Origin: an uncultured Eubacterium sp.
GTDB taxonomy: Bacteria; Bacillota; Clostridia; Oscillospirales; Acutalibacteraceae
NCBI GenBank assembly: GCA_944385025.1
Contig: CALWVQ010000021.1
Location: forward strand, 15,243-79,242
Reading direction: 5' to 3'
Length of the DNA: 64,000 bases
Part shown: positions 19,375-28,540 of the stretch, in pieces
How positions within the stretch are numbered: position 1 is the first letter of the stretch
Layout of the letters: every line of letters starts with the position of its first letter
The notes under the pieces: model-generated
Seen by the model: the letters and a program-made list of their open reading frames with translations, nothing else
What the model was told of the DNA's origin: nothing
The model's database searches: none
Position numbers and translations under genes: made by a program

Positions 19375-19436
19375 TTATATATCCTCCTTGTAATTTACAA
19401 CAGAAAATTAAAATATTCAAAATTTTCCTATTATTG

Positions 19437-19465
19437 ATTTTACCATTTTGAATCATTAATATCAA
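19437..19465 (-). promoter_or_regulatory. Sigma-A-type promoter (extended -10) of the carboxyltransferase operon
   Basis: The minus strand reads TTGATA, 17 nt, TAAAAT, with TGg immediately upstream of the -10. Confidence 0.55.
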
Positions 19466-19521
19466 CAGTTATTTTATATTTATTATATAAATATTATGTA
19501 AAATCAATTCATACAATTTAT

Positions 19522-20271
19522 TTACTTTTCTTCTGTATATTCAGATGGATTTGAAGAACGTAAAAGCTTTTTAACCTCATTGTCAGTAAGACGTCTTGTT
19601 TTGCCTGTTTGCAGCATACCAAGTTTTACAGGTCCTATGGAAATTCTTTTAAGTCTTGCCACTTCGAGATTTACTGCCTCGCACATTTTCCTTATCTGTC
19701 TGTTTCTTCCCTCTCTTAAAATAAACTCAAGTACTACTCTGCCCTCTTCCTCGGTTATCACGTTAACATCGCAGGGAGCAGTCTTTCTGCCGTCTATTTC
19801 AATACCGTTTCTTAATTTATCAAGAATTTCATCATTAACAGCCGGACGAACGGTAACTCTGTAAACCTTGGCGTAATTATGCTTTGGATGTGTGAGAGCA
19901 TTAGCAAATGAACCGTCGTTGGTAAGAATGAGCAATCCTTCAGAATCTTTGTCAAGTCTGCCCACAGGATAAACTCTTGCATCAACATCCACAAGGTCCA
20001 TAACTGTTTTTCTTCCAAGCTCGTCGCTAACCGTTGTTACGTATCCTCTCGGTTTATTAAGCATAATGTAATACATTCTGTCAACCTTGTTGATTTTCTT
20101 ACCTCTGACAGTAACAAGGTCTTTTTTGGGATTCACCTTATCGCCGATATGAGCAACGTGTCCGTTAACTTTAACTTTGCCCATCTGTATAAGTTCTTCA
20201 CATTTTCTTCTTGAATCCACGCCGCATTCAGCCATAAATTTCTGAAGTCTCACCTCGTTCTTGTTTGGCAT
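19522..20271 (-). CDS. rluB: 23S rRNA pseudouridine synthase, RsuA/RluB family
   Basis: S4 domain RLQKFMAECGVDSRRKCEELI and catalytic motif YPVGRLDKDSEGLLILTNDG. The start is taken at ATG 20271 (GAGG 9 nt upstream); an alternative ATG is at 20280. Confidence 0.88.
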   Translation of the reverse strand: MPNKNEVRLQKFMAECGVDSRRKCEELIQMGKVKVNGHVAHIGDKVNPKKDLVTVRGKKINKVDRMYYIMLNKPRGYVTTVSDELGRKTVMDLVDVDARVYPVGRLDKDSEGLLILTNDGSFANALTHPKHNYAKVYRVTVRPAVNDEILDKLRNGIEIDGRKTAPCDVNVITEEEGRVVLEFILREGRNRQIRKMCEAVNLEVARLKRISIGPVKLGMLQTGKTRRLTDNEVKKLLRSSNPSEYTEEK

Positions 20272-21304
20272 ATTCAACATCCTCGTCTGCCTCTATCGGC
20301 AGTCTTTCTATAATATTTTCGCCGCAGTAAACAAGCACCTCGCCCACAATATCGCCCTTATTTACAGGAGCATATGCAAACGGATAATAGTAAACATCGG
20401 CTCTTACTTCACCTACAGAATAAATTTCTTTGCTGTATGAAACATTTACCGTATCGCTGTTTCCGCCTACTGCGGAGATTTCAAAATTATCAGAAACGGT
20501 AGATTTCGTGTATTTTTTCTCACATTGTTCGTACAGATTTAGATGGTCGTTCCAATCATCGGGAGCATTTAATGTAACACAGATAATTTTGTTTCCGTTA
20601 TAATTTTTTGCTGTTACAAGACACCTGCCCGCCTTTTCTGTAAAACCTGTTTTAACACCGAAAATATCCTCATCTTTTGCAAGCAGTTTGTTGTGATTAT
20701 AAACAGCAAGTTTTTTACCGTTAATTGTAATTTCTGCGCTTGCCATTGATGTAATTTCACAAAATTCGGAATATTCCACAGCTTTTGCTGTAAGAAGCGC
20801 CATATCATAAGCAGTGGAATGATGGTCTCCGTCATCAAGTCCTGACGGTGTTACAAATACTGTATTATTCATTCCCAACTCCTTTGCCCTGTTATTCATC
20901 AACACAGCAAACTCCTCAATACTGCCGCTGATTAAAAAAGCAACAGCATTAGCAGCGTCATTGCCGGAGGTGAGCATCATACCTACTACTAAATCGTAAA
21001 AAGAGAGTTTATCCCCGTCTCTCAGCCCAAGGCAAGAACCTTCTATATATAGCATTTCCTGCTCAATAACTACTTCCTCGTCAAGTCTTCCGCTTTCCAC
21101 TGCTAACAAAGCTGTCATTATCTTTGTGGTTGAAGCCATAGAACGCTTTTCGCCGGAATTTTTCTCATATAAAACTGTTTTTGTAGCGGCATCAATAACA
21201 ACTGCGCTGGAAGCGCTGCAATCAGAAGCAAATGCAGAAAACGGAAACACAAACAAAATGGCAAGAAAAAAGCAAAATCTTTTTAACAAAATAATCACCC
21301 ACAT
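20228..21304 (-). CDS. D-alanyl-D-alanine carboxypeptidase (PBP5/DacB/DacF-like, S11)
   Basis: 358 aa. Signal peptide, SxxK (MASTTKIM), SGN (LTSGNDAA) and KTG (GVKTGFT). Confidence 0.88.
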   Translation of the reverse strand: MWVIILLKRFCFFLAILFVFPFSAFASDCSASSAVVIDAATKTVLYEKNSGEKRSMASTTKIMTALLAVESGRLDEEVVIEQEMLYIEGSCLGLRDGDKLSFYDLVVGMMLTSGNDAANAVAFLISGSIEEFAVLMNNRAKELGMNNTVFVTPSGLDDGDHHSTAYDMALLTAKAVEYSEFCEITSMASAEITINGKKLAVYNHNKLLAKDEDIFGVKTGFTEKAGRCLVTAKNYNGNKIICVTLNAPDDWNDHLNLYEQCEKKYTKSTVSDNFEISAVGGNSDTVNVSYSKEIYSVGEVRADVYYYPFAYAPVNKGDIVGEVLVYCGENIIERLPIEADEDVEYAKQERGETSEIYG

Positions 21305-21338
21305 AAATATATGCAGGTGATTAGAGTTTATAATATCA

Positions 21339-21734
21339 TTACTCTGAAGTTTCTTCAGTCTTAACTTCTTTATCTTCAGGCTTCAAAAGCTCTGTAACTT
21401 TATCAACAAGTTCGGGAATCATTGCAATTGCACGGTCAGCAGATGAGGTGTAATTGTTAATCTGCATCATTCTGCACTTACCGTTTTCAATAACAATGAA
21501 AGCAATGGGAGCGATAGAAACACCGCCGCCGCCTGCGCCGCCGAAAAGCTCATTATTTTGTTTTGATGGGAGATCAGTACCGCCTGAACCAAAGCCGTAT
21601 GAAATGCGTGACACTGGAATAAGAGTAACAGAGCCCTGCTGAATTGGCTCACCGATTACGGTTGATACGTCAACCATATCACGAAGTCTTTGTAAAGTGC
21701 TTTCCATTATTTTGTTTACAGGTGTTTCTTTCAT
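21339..21734 (-). CDS. ytfJ: Sporulation protein YtfJ / GerW family
   Basis: 131 aa. VIGEPIQQGSVTLIPVSRISYGFGSGG...GGAGGGGVSIAPIAFIVI is typical of YtfJ. Confidence 0.85.
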   Translation of the reverse strand: MKETPVNKIMESTLQRLRDMVDVSTVIGEPIQQGSVTLIPVSRISYGFGSGGTDLPSKQNNELFGGAGGGGVSIAPIAFIVIENGKCRMMQINNYTSSADRAIAMIPELVDKVTELLKPEDKEVKTEETSE

Positions 21735-22474
21735 TGTTTTTCAGTCCCCTTTTTATTTTCTATCAAATTCTTTAAAAATACAATTCCTGCTTTAAACGCT
21801 ACTTTTAAAATTAAATACACGTTTACACTGGCAATAAGCTGAAATTCAAATTCGCTCCTGTCAGCGATAAAATCAGGAATTATCACATCGTCATAATTAT
21901 CAACCTTCATTTGATTGAGAATTATGCCTTTTACAGGATAATAATATTGGCAAACCGTACCGTAGGTTCTGCCGATAATGTCGGCGTCATAGCCTCCGAC
22001 TATTATCATAACATAAAGAGAGTAAATATGTAAACCCCTAATAAGCGTTAAAATTGCAGAATTTGCGGTTTCTACCAAGTTTGTTAGCAGAGAAAAGATA
22101 CCGACGATACCCTCATCACGCCAAATCTTTAAAATAGGATTAGGTTTGGCGCTGTTTTTCTTTGCTTTTTCTGCAACGCTTTCACTTACCTCTTCCTTGA
22201 TTTCAGCTTCTGTTTCCTGAATCGGATGAGGTTCGCTGTCATTTTTTAGCTCTTCTTTTTTCTTTTTTTGCTTATCAGCAACTTCGCTTGCTGTTTTTTC
22301 AGGGAAAAGAACAAAAGACAGAATCTTTGACAACGATATTTCCTTTTCAATAAACAGAAAGCTTACGGTTGTAGTCCACTTTTTGTCATAAACGACAGTA
22401 AAAGTTGCCGACAATGATAAAACAGCCGCAATAAGAACAACAAGAACAGCTACAACGATTAAAAAAACTGTCAT
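21731..22474 (-). CDS. DUF2953 (YtfI-like) membrane protein
   Basis: 247 aa. N-terminal TM helix and a charged middle region. It sits immediately upstream of ytfJ with a 4-nt overlap, as with ytfI-ytfJ in Bacillus. Confidence 0.55.
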   Translation of the reverse strand: MTVFLIVVAVLVVLIAAVLSLSATFTVVYDKKWTTTVSFLFIEKEISLSKILSFVLFPEKTASEVADKQKKKKEELKNDSEPHPIQETEAEIKEEVSESVAEKAKKNSAKPNPILKIWRDEGIVGIFSLLTNLVETANSAILTLIRGLHIYSLYVMIIVGGYDADIIGRTYGTVCQYYYPVKGIILNQMKVDNYDDVIIPDFIADRSEFEFQLIASVNVYLILKVAFKAGIVFLKNLIENKKGTEKQ

Positions 22475-23076
22475 TATTCACCGTCCTCCTGCACATTTTC
22501 AGCGTCATTGTCAGCCTTATCTTCGAACAACGACGTCTGTTCATCGTTATTTTCCTCGGTATTTTCAGGCAGATCGGGCAAATCATCAAGACTGTTTAAA
22601 GAAAAACATCTCAAAAATCTGTCGGTAGTACCGTAAACAAGAGGTCTGCCAGGTAAGTCAAGCCTGCCCTTTTCCTCAATAAGTCCTTTTTGAATGAGGT
22701 TTGACACAGGACCGCTGCAATCAACACCTCTTATTTGTTCAATAAAAGAACGTGTCACGGTTTTATTATAAGCAACAATAGCAAGCACTTCAAATGCCGC
22801 CTGACTCAAGGGAGTATTTTTCTTTATTTCAAGAAGGCTCCTAACCTGCTCTGCATACTGCTCTCGAGTGCAAAGCTGATATTTGCCGTCCACGTGAATT
22901 ACCTGAAGACCGCTTTCTTTTTCGTCATACATCGCTTCAAGATGACCAAGCATTTTTATTACATTTTCAATATCAATTTCAAGCACTTCTGCAAGCTTTG
23001 CAGGCTCCACAGGTTCACCCGATGCAAAAAGCATTGCCTCCAGCGCTGATAAAATATTGTTACTGTTCAACTTCAT
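22474..23076 (-). CDS. scpB: Segregation and condensation protein B
   Basis: 200 aa. LEAMLFASGEPV, PLSQAAFEVLAIVAYNKTVTRSFIEQIRGV, PGRPLVYGTTDRFL. Confidence 0.92.
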   Translation of the reverse strand: MKLNSNNILSALEAMLFASGEPVEPAKLAEVLEIDIENVIKMLGHLEAMYDEKESGLQVIHVDGKYQLCTREQYAEQVRSLLEIKKNTPLSQAAFEVLAIVAYNKTVTRSFIEQIRGVDCSGPVSNLIQKGLIEEKGRLDLPGRPLVYGTTDRFLRCFSLNSLDDLPDLPENTEENNDEQTSLFEDKADNDAENVQEDGE

Positions 23077-23782
23077 TTACCTCATTAATTATTTGAACTG
23101 ACGGGTTTTTCATTTCACCCTCAATATTAATTTTCTTTGTCTTAGCAAGTTCAAGCACTGCAAGAAAAGTTGCCACCATATCGCTTTTTGTTTTTGCATC
23201 CTCAAACAAAGTGAGAAACTTGACTTTCTTGCCGCCTAAAAGTTTTTTCATAACATTTCCGACTTTTGAAGCAACTGCAACAAACTTCTTTGCTACAATC
23301 ACCTTGAATGAATCAAGCGGAGGCGGAAGCCGTCTTTTTCCTCTTCCTGCGGCACTTATATATGCGTTTAAAAGCTCTTCGCCCTCGTGAAAGCGCTCAT
23401 AGTCGTAATTGATGTAACCCTCCTGAGCAGGTCTTACAAATCTGTCAAATCCTTCAGTCTGATGTGAAAGCTTTTCCGCCATCAGTTTACAGTCACGATA
23501 CTCAATAAGTTCGCCTGTAAGCTCTTTTTTCAAAACTTCAGCTTCCTCGTGTTTTGGCAAAAGAGAAACCGTTTTTATATAAATCAGTCGCGCTGCCATT
23601 TCAAGAAATTCACCGGCAACGTCAAAATCCTGTTCCTGCATCTGTCTGACATAGTCGACATACTGATTAACAAGCTCAACAATAGGAATATCGTTAATAT
23701 TCAGTTTATGCTTTGATATTAGATGCAAAAGCAGATCCATTGGACCTTCAAAAACATCTATTTTATAACTGATTTTTTCCAT
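23060..23782 (-). CDS. scpA: Segregation and condensation protein A
   Basis: 240 aa. FEGPMDLLLHLISKHKLNINDIPI, YLEMAARLIYIKT-like motif. Confidence 0.92.
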   Translation of the reverse strand: MEKISYKIDVFEGPMDLLLHLISKHKLNINDIPIVELVNQYVDYVRQMQEQDFDVAGEFLEMAARLIYIKTVSLLPKHEEAEVLKKELTGELIEYRDCKLMAEKLSHQTEGFDRFVRPAQEGYINYDYERFHEGEELLNAYISAAGRGKRRLPPPLDSFKVIVAKKFVAVASKVGNVMKKLLGGKKVKFLTLFEDAKTKSDMVATFLAVLELAKTKKINIEGEMKNPSVQIINEVNEVEQ

Positions 23783-23785
23783 AAC

Positions 23786-24451
23786 TCACCCAAAAATCAA
23801 ACTTGGAATAAATGAAATTATATTTAACAGTATATTTGAAAGCCAAGTAATCGGTCCGTTGAGAACGCCTAAAAACAGCAAAACGAACAATCCTATCATA
23901 ATGTAGCGTTCATAGCGCATTAAACTAAAATAAATTTTGTCAGGCAATACTGCTGTAAGAATTTTAGAACCGTCAAGAGGTGGAATAGGAATAAGGTTAA
24001 AAACAGCAAGGGTGACATTAACCTGTGCGGCATAGCTGAAGAATGACGCAACCATATAAATCACATTGTTTGTAGGAGCAATAAACATAAGAAAATACGT
24101 TAAAAAGATAAATATAAATGACATAATTATATTAGCAAGCGGACCTGCAAAAGAAATCAATGCCATATTTTTTTTAGGGTGTTTTAACCTTGCAGGATTA
24201 ACAGGTACGGGATTAGCGTAACCGATACCGAAAAACAGTATCATCAAAGTACCTATTAAATCAAGATGTGCAAAAGGATTTATTGTAAGTCTGCCCTTTA
24301 ATTTAGCAGTATCATCGCCGCATTTATAAGCGGCATATGCGTGTGCCATTTCGTGAACAGGCATACAGCACAAGACTACAAACATTCTTGAAAGCACCAT
24401 AATTATCAGTAACGATGTTTCGCCGCTTCTTAAAAGACTGAAAATACTCAT
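23786..24451 (-). CDS. Site-2 protease (M50) family membrane metalloprotease
   Basis: HEMAHA zinc motif and NLIPIPPLDGSK. The start is an ATG at 24451 in an ATGA overlap with the prmC stop. Confidence 0.8.
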   Translation of the reverse strand: MSIFSLLRSGETSLLIIMVLSRMFVVLCCMPVHEMAHAYAAYKCGDDTAKLKGRLTINPFAHLDLIGTLMILFFGIGYANPVPVNPARLKHPKKNMALISFAGPLANIIMSFIFIFLTYFLMFIAPTNNVIYMVASFFSYAAQVNVTLAVFNLIPIPPLDGSKILTAVLPDKIYFSLMRYERYIMIGLFVLLFLGVLNGPITWLSNILLNIISFIPSLIFG

Positions 24452-25275
24452 AAACAATTTCCCTTCATACAGGTAACGATTCTGTCGTTACCGTAAATAT
24501 CTTTATGTACTTTAATGTCGGTAAAGTCAGTAAGTATTTCACTAACTGCACTACCCTGTTCATTTCCGATTTCTAAAAACAATTTGGCATTAGGTTTAAC
24601 CTTGTTATGCCAATTATCGTTGATAACTCTGTAAAAGTCAAGTCCGTCTGCTCCGCCGTCAAGAGCAGTTACAGGTTCGTACAAAACCTCATTTTGCAAA
24701 GTTTTAATATCATCAGTTTTAATATAAGGCGGATTTGATACAAGCACGTCAGCTTTTTCAAGTTCCACATTATTGCAAATATCAGCGCAAATTACTTTTG
24801 CATTTTCAACGCCCTGAGCATTTTTTAAAAGATAAGCCATAGCATCACTGCTTTTTTCAACAAGATAAACAGTGGCGTTTTTACATTTTTTTGCAATACT
24901 AATACCTATACAACCTGTACCTGCACAAAGGTCATAAACAACACAGTCAGGCAGTGTTTTTATGTATTTAATTGCCATATCGCAGAGTTCTTCTGTTTCA
25001 GGTCGCGGTATCAGTACTCCTTTGCCGCAGTAAAATTCACTTTCGTAAAAATCCCACTTTCCCAAAACATATTGCAAAGGCTCGCCGCTTTTAACTCTCC
25101 ACAGCAAATCGGCAAATCTTTTCATTATTATTTCATCATCAAGGTGCTGTTGGTACTGGCTGTTTTTTATCCCTGCAAGACTGCACACAAGACATAAAGA
25201 TTTAAACTCTGCCTCATCAACGCCGTTACAGGAAAGAAAATATACGCCGTAATTATATGCGTCTTTAACTGTCAT
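24448..25275 (-). CDS. prmC: Release factor glutamine N5-methyltransferase
   Basis: 275 aa. DLCAGTGCIG SAM motif and the NPPY motif (VSNPPYI). Confidence 0.9.
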   Translation of the reverse strand: MTVKDAYNYGVYFLSCNGVDEAEFKSLCLVCSLAGIKNSQYQQHLDDEIIMKRFADLLWRVKSGEPLQYVLGKWDFYESEFYCGKGVLIPRPETEELCDMAIKYIKTLPDCVVYDLCAGTGCIGISIAKKCKNATVYLVEKSSDAMAYLLKNAQGVENAKVICADICNNVELEKADVLVSNPPYIKTDDIKTLQNEVLYEPVTALDGGADGLDFYRVINDNWHNKVKPNAKLFLEIGNEQGSAVSEILTDFTDIKVHKDIYGNDRIVTCMKGNCL

Positions 25276-26246
25276 TTTATTTCATCGTCCTTCGGGTCAT
25301 CGGTTATAACAGCTTTAAGCGCCTCAATACCCACTTCAATGATTTTGTCATCAGGTTCTTTTGTGGTAATTCTCTGCATCCAAAGACCGGGAGCAGATAA
25401 AATTTTTACAAAAATGTTATTATGCTTACCTGCATATCTTATAAACTCATATCCAAGGCCCATAATAATCGGAATCATAGGCAGCTTAATAAGCATCCAC
25501 AAAATAGTATTTTGTTTAAGACTGTCATCAACGAAAAGTGAAAGCACCGTGATAACAACAATACTTAAAATAAGCATTACAAACATAAAAGAAGTACCGC
25601 ATCTTGGATGAAAACGTGTGCATTTTTTTACGTTATCAACAGTTAAATCCATACCTGCTTCATAGCAGGCAATAGACTTGTGCTCTGCTCCGTGGTACAT
25701 AAAAGTTCTTTTAATATCTTTCATACGGCTTACCAGCACCATATAAAGAACAAAGATCACAATTTTAAGACCGCCCTCAATAGTACCCTGCCAAGCCGTG
25801 ATTGAGTAATCACACCACTGATTAATTCTGTTAAAGATAAATACAGGAAGATAAAAGAAAATCAAAAAAGCGAGTATAACACCGATAACGCTTGCAATAC
25901 CCATAATAATACTCATAAGCTTATCGCCCATTTTATCGGTAAGCCACTTTTCAAATTTATTCATTTCAACGTCTTCCATATCATCCATACCGGATGCTTC
26001 AGCGGAATACATCAAAAGCTTGTAACCTGTTATCATTGACTCAATAAAAGCTACTACGCCTCTGATTATTGGAATTTGAAAAAATTTGCTTTTGTCCCTA
26101 AGCTTTTTTATATTGTGATGCTCAACCAAAATACTGCCGTCTGTTTTTCTTACTGCCGTGGCAATACCCCGTGGTCCCTGCATCATTATTCCTTCAATAA
26201 GAGCCTGTCCCCCCACAGAAGTAATATGTGTCTTTTTTTCACTCAT
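25272..26246 (-). CDS. DUF1385 (YqhQ-like) membrane protein
   Basis: 324 aa. VGGQALIEGIMMQGP...YHGAEHKSI is typical of DUF1385, and the gene has the usual position upstream of prmC. Confidence 0.8.
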   Translation of the reverse strand: MSEKKTHITSVGGQALIEGIMMQGPRGIATAVRKTDGSILVEHHNIKKLRDKSKFFQIPIIRGVVAFIESMITGYKLLMYSAEASGMDDMEDVEMNKFEKWLTDKMGDKLMSIIMGIASVIGVILAFLIFFYLPVFIFNRINQWCDYSITAWQGTIEGGLKIVIFVLYMVLVSRMKDIKRTFMYHGAEHKSIACYEAGMDLTVDNVKKCTRFHPRCGTSFMFVMLILSIVVITVLSLFVDDSLKQNTILWMLIKLPMIPIIMGLGYEFIRYAGKHNNIFVKILSAPGLWMQRITTKEPDDKIIEVGIEALKAVITDDPKDDEIK

Positions 26247-27783
26247 TATCCGATTTGCCCTTCATTTCCATTCCTTGATTAATTTCGGCTTCGTCTGCAT
26301 TTGCCGTAGTGTCCTGAAGTTCTGTCTCGCTTGGAGAATTTTCAACAGGGAGATAGATGGTTACAAGTGTACCTGTACCCTCCTCACTGTCAATTTCAAG
26401 CCTTCCGTTATGAAGATTAATTATTTCATTAGTTACGGCAAGACCTATGCCTGAACCCCTTACTGACACGTTTGCCTTATAAAACTTGTCCTTAACGTGC
26501 GGCAGGTCCTCTTTGCTGATACCGCATCCCTGGTCAGCAATAGCAATACTTATGTAATCCTTGCCGTCCTGCTTAATAAACTGAGCTTTTACAAAAATCT
26601 TGCTGGGAGCTCTGGAATACTTAAGTGCATTATCAAGTATATTCATAAACACTTGTTTCAATCTGTTGGCGTCTGCGTTTGCTATTGCAGGAACATCGGG
26701 AATGCTGTATTTAACTTCTATTCCTTCCCTCATAGCACGTTCTCTGAATGTAAACACGGTTTCATCAAGTTCTGCAAACACGTCCGTCTTGGCAAGACGC
26801 AAATTCATTCTGCCGCTTTGAAGTCTTGAAAAATCCAAAAGTTCTTCTACAAAGCCTTCAAGTCTTCCTGCTTCCTTTACAATTACCTCAAGGCCTTTTC
26901 TTGTAAGCTCGTCAACATTTTCATTGTTGCCTAAAGTAAGAGTCTCGCCCCACCCTTTAATCGATGTAAGCGGTGTTCGCAGCTCGTGAGAAATAGTTGA
27001 GATAAAATCATTTTTCATTTTATCCGTTTGTGATATTTCTTCCGCCATTGTGTTGATAGAGTCACAAAGGTCGCCTATTTCGTCATTATACTTTTTCTCA
27101 ATCCTTACTGAATAATCGCCCTGGGAAATCTTTTTTGTAGTTTCATTAACCTCTCTTACAGGGATAATGATTGAACGAATAAAAAACAGATTAGAAAAAA
27201 TGATAATAGCAAAAATCACAAGCAGCGCAAGAAAAATTAAAAATACAATTGTAAATATCTGATTGTCAATCTGTTCCAAAGACGACATTACTCTGACTGC
27301 GCCTACTATATCTCCGTCGCTGTTAGTAATAACTCTGCAAACCGCCATTACCTTTTCGCCGCTTTTTAACTTACCGATATACTCTCCGGTAGACGATGTA
27401 GCAATAGCTTGGTCAAAATCCGGCATATCCTGTTTTTCAATAGCAAAGCCGCTTGAAGACACAACAACATCGCCATTGGCATCTATTATCCAAGTTGTAG
27501 TTTTTTCTCTGTAACTGTAACTTTCAAAATAATTTGACGCTGACTGTTCAAGAGATATTCCGTCATCAAGATTTGTGGAAAAATAGCCGGTTGCGCTGGT
27601 AGAAACACCTGACTTAAGTATACTCTCAACATTTGAGTAATAGTGTGTCTTTATTGAAAATGAGAACACTACAAAAAATATTATAAAGAAAAGCATAATA
27701 ACGCCGATAATATTGATAAGCCAACGCAAAGTTATGCCCTCAACTTTTAAATTATGAAGTTTTTTTAACATCATACTTTTCAT
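26239..27783 (-). CDS. Sensor histidine kinase (two TM helices, extracytoplasmic domain, HAMP, HisKA, HATPase; WalK-like)
   Basis: 514 aa. H-box SHELRTPLTSIKGW, N-box NILDNALKYS, G-boxes DQGCGI and GSGIGL. Confidence 0.88.
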   Translation of the reverse strand: MKSMMLKKLHNLKVEGITLRWLINIIGVIMLFFIIFFVVFSFSIKTHYYSNVESILKSGVSTSATGYFSTNLDDGISLEQSASNYFESYSYREKTTTWIIDANGDVVVSSSGFAIEKQDMPDFDQAIATSSTGEYIGKLKSGEKVMAVCRVITNSDGDIVGAVRVMSSLEQIDNQIFTIVFLIFLALLVIFAIIIFSNLFFIRSIIIPVREVNETTKKISQGDYSVRIEKKYNDEIGDLCDSINTMAEEISQTDKMKNDFISTISHELRTPLTSIKGWGETLTLGNNENVDELTRKGLEVIVKEAGRLEGFVEELLDFSRLQSGRMNLRLAKTDVFAELDETVFTFRERAMREGIEVKYSIPDVPAIANADANRLKQVFMNILDNALKYSRAPSKIFVKAQFIKQDGKDYISIAIADQGCGISKEDLPHVKDKFYKANVSVRGSGIGLAVTNEIINLHNGRLEIDSEEGTGTLVTIYLPVENSPSETELQDTTANADEAEINQGMEMKGKSDNE

Positions 27784-27805
27784 AGTTTACTCACGCTGAT
27801 AACCG

Positions 27806-28519
27806 TTATTTTTTATCTGTAATCCATTTATAGCCAAGCCCCCAGATAGTAACAAGTCTTGTTGGATTTGAAGGATTCTCCTCAATTTTTATTCTGAGTC
27901 TTCTTATATTTACGTCAACGATTTTTTCATCGCCGAAATAATTAGCACCCCATACAGTTTTTAAAATGTCGGTACGAGAAAGAGCCGCATTTGGATTTTT
28001 AAAGAAATATTCAACAATTTGAAACTCCACCTGTGTAAGCTCGATATATTCGCCGTTTTTTGAAAGAGTACGGTTTCTTAAATTAAGCTCAAATTCGTCA
28101 AGAATAATGCTGTCACCTGTAGTATCGTTCTTCTTAAACCCTCTTGTCATCTCAACTCTTCTGTAAACTGCGTCTACTCTCGCCATAAGTTCGCTGGGAG
28201 AAAATGGTTTTGTAACATAATCATCTGCCCCAAACAAAAGACCTGTTACCTTGTCCATTTCCTGAGTTTTGGCGCTTAACATAATAATTCCCAAATCAGG
28301 TGACTGTTTACGAAATTCCTTGCAAACAGTTAAACCGTCAACCTCCGGCATCATAATGTCAAGAATTGCCACATCAAAACCACTGCCCTCTTTGGAAAAT
28401 TTCTCCAAAGCAACAGCGCCGTTTTCCGCCTGCTCAACCTCGTATCCGCTTCGGGTAAGGTTAATCACTATAAATTCGCGGATGGATTCTTCGTCCTCTG
28501 CAACTAATACCTTTTTCAT
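27806..28519 (-). CDS. OmpR-family response regulator (WalR-like)
   Basis: 237 aa. Receiver domain (VAEDEE...ILDIMMP...SAK) and a winged-helix C-terminus (IWGLGYKW). Confidence 0.9.
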   Translation of the reverse strand: MKKVLVAEDEESIREFIVINLTRSGYEVEQAENGAVALEKFSKEGSGFDVAILDIMMPEVDGLTVCKEFRKQSPDLGIIMLSAKTQEMDKVTGLLFGADDYVTKPFSPSELMARVDAVYRRVEMTRGFKKNDTTGDSIILDEFELNLRNRTLSKNGEYIELTQVEFQIVEYFFKNPNAALSRTDILKTVWGANYFGDEKIVDVNIRRLRIKIEENPSNPTRLVTIWGLGYKWITDKK

Positions 28520-28540
28520 AATACTCCTCTACTCCTTTAA

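Noticed and set aside
21305-21338. CATATATT upstream of the DD-carboxypeptidase gene, considered as a sporulation sigma (E/G/K) -10 element.
   Set aside because: It lies only a few nt from the annotated ATG, so it would require a different start codon. There is no matching -35. The evidence is too speculative without transcription start site data.
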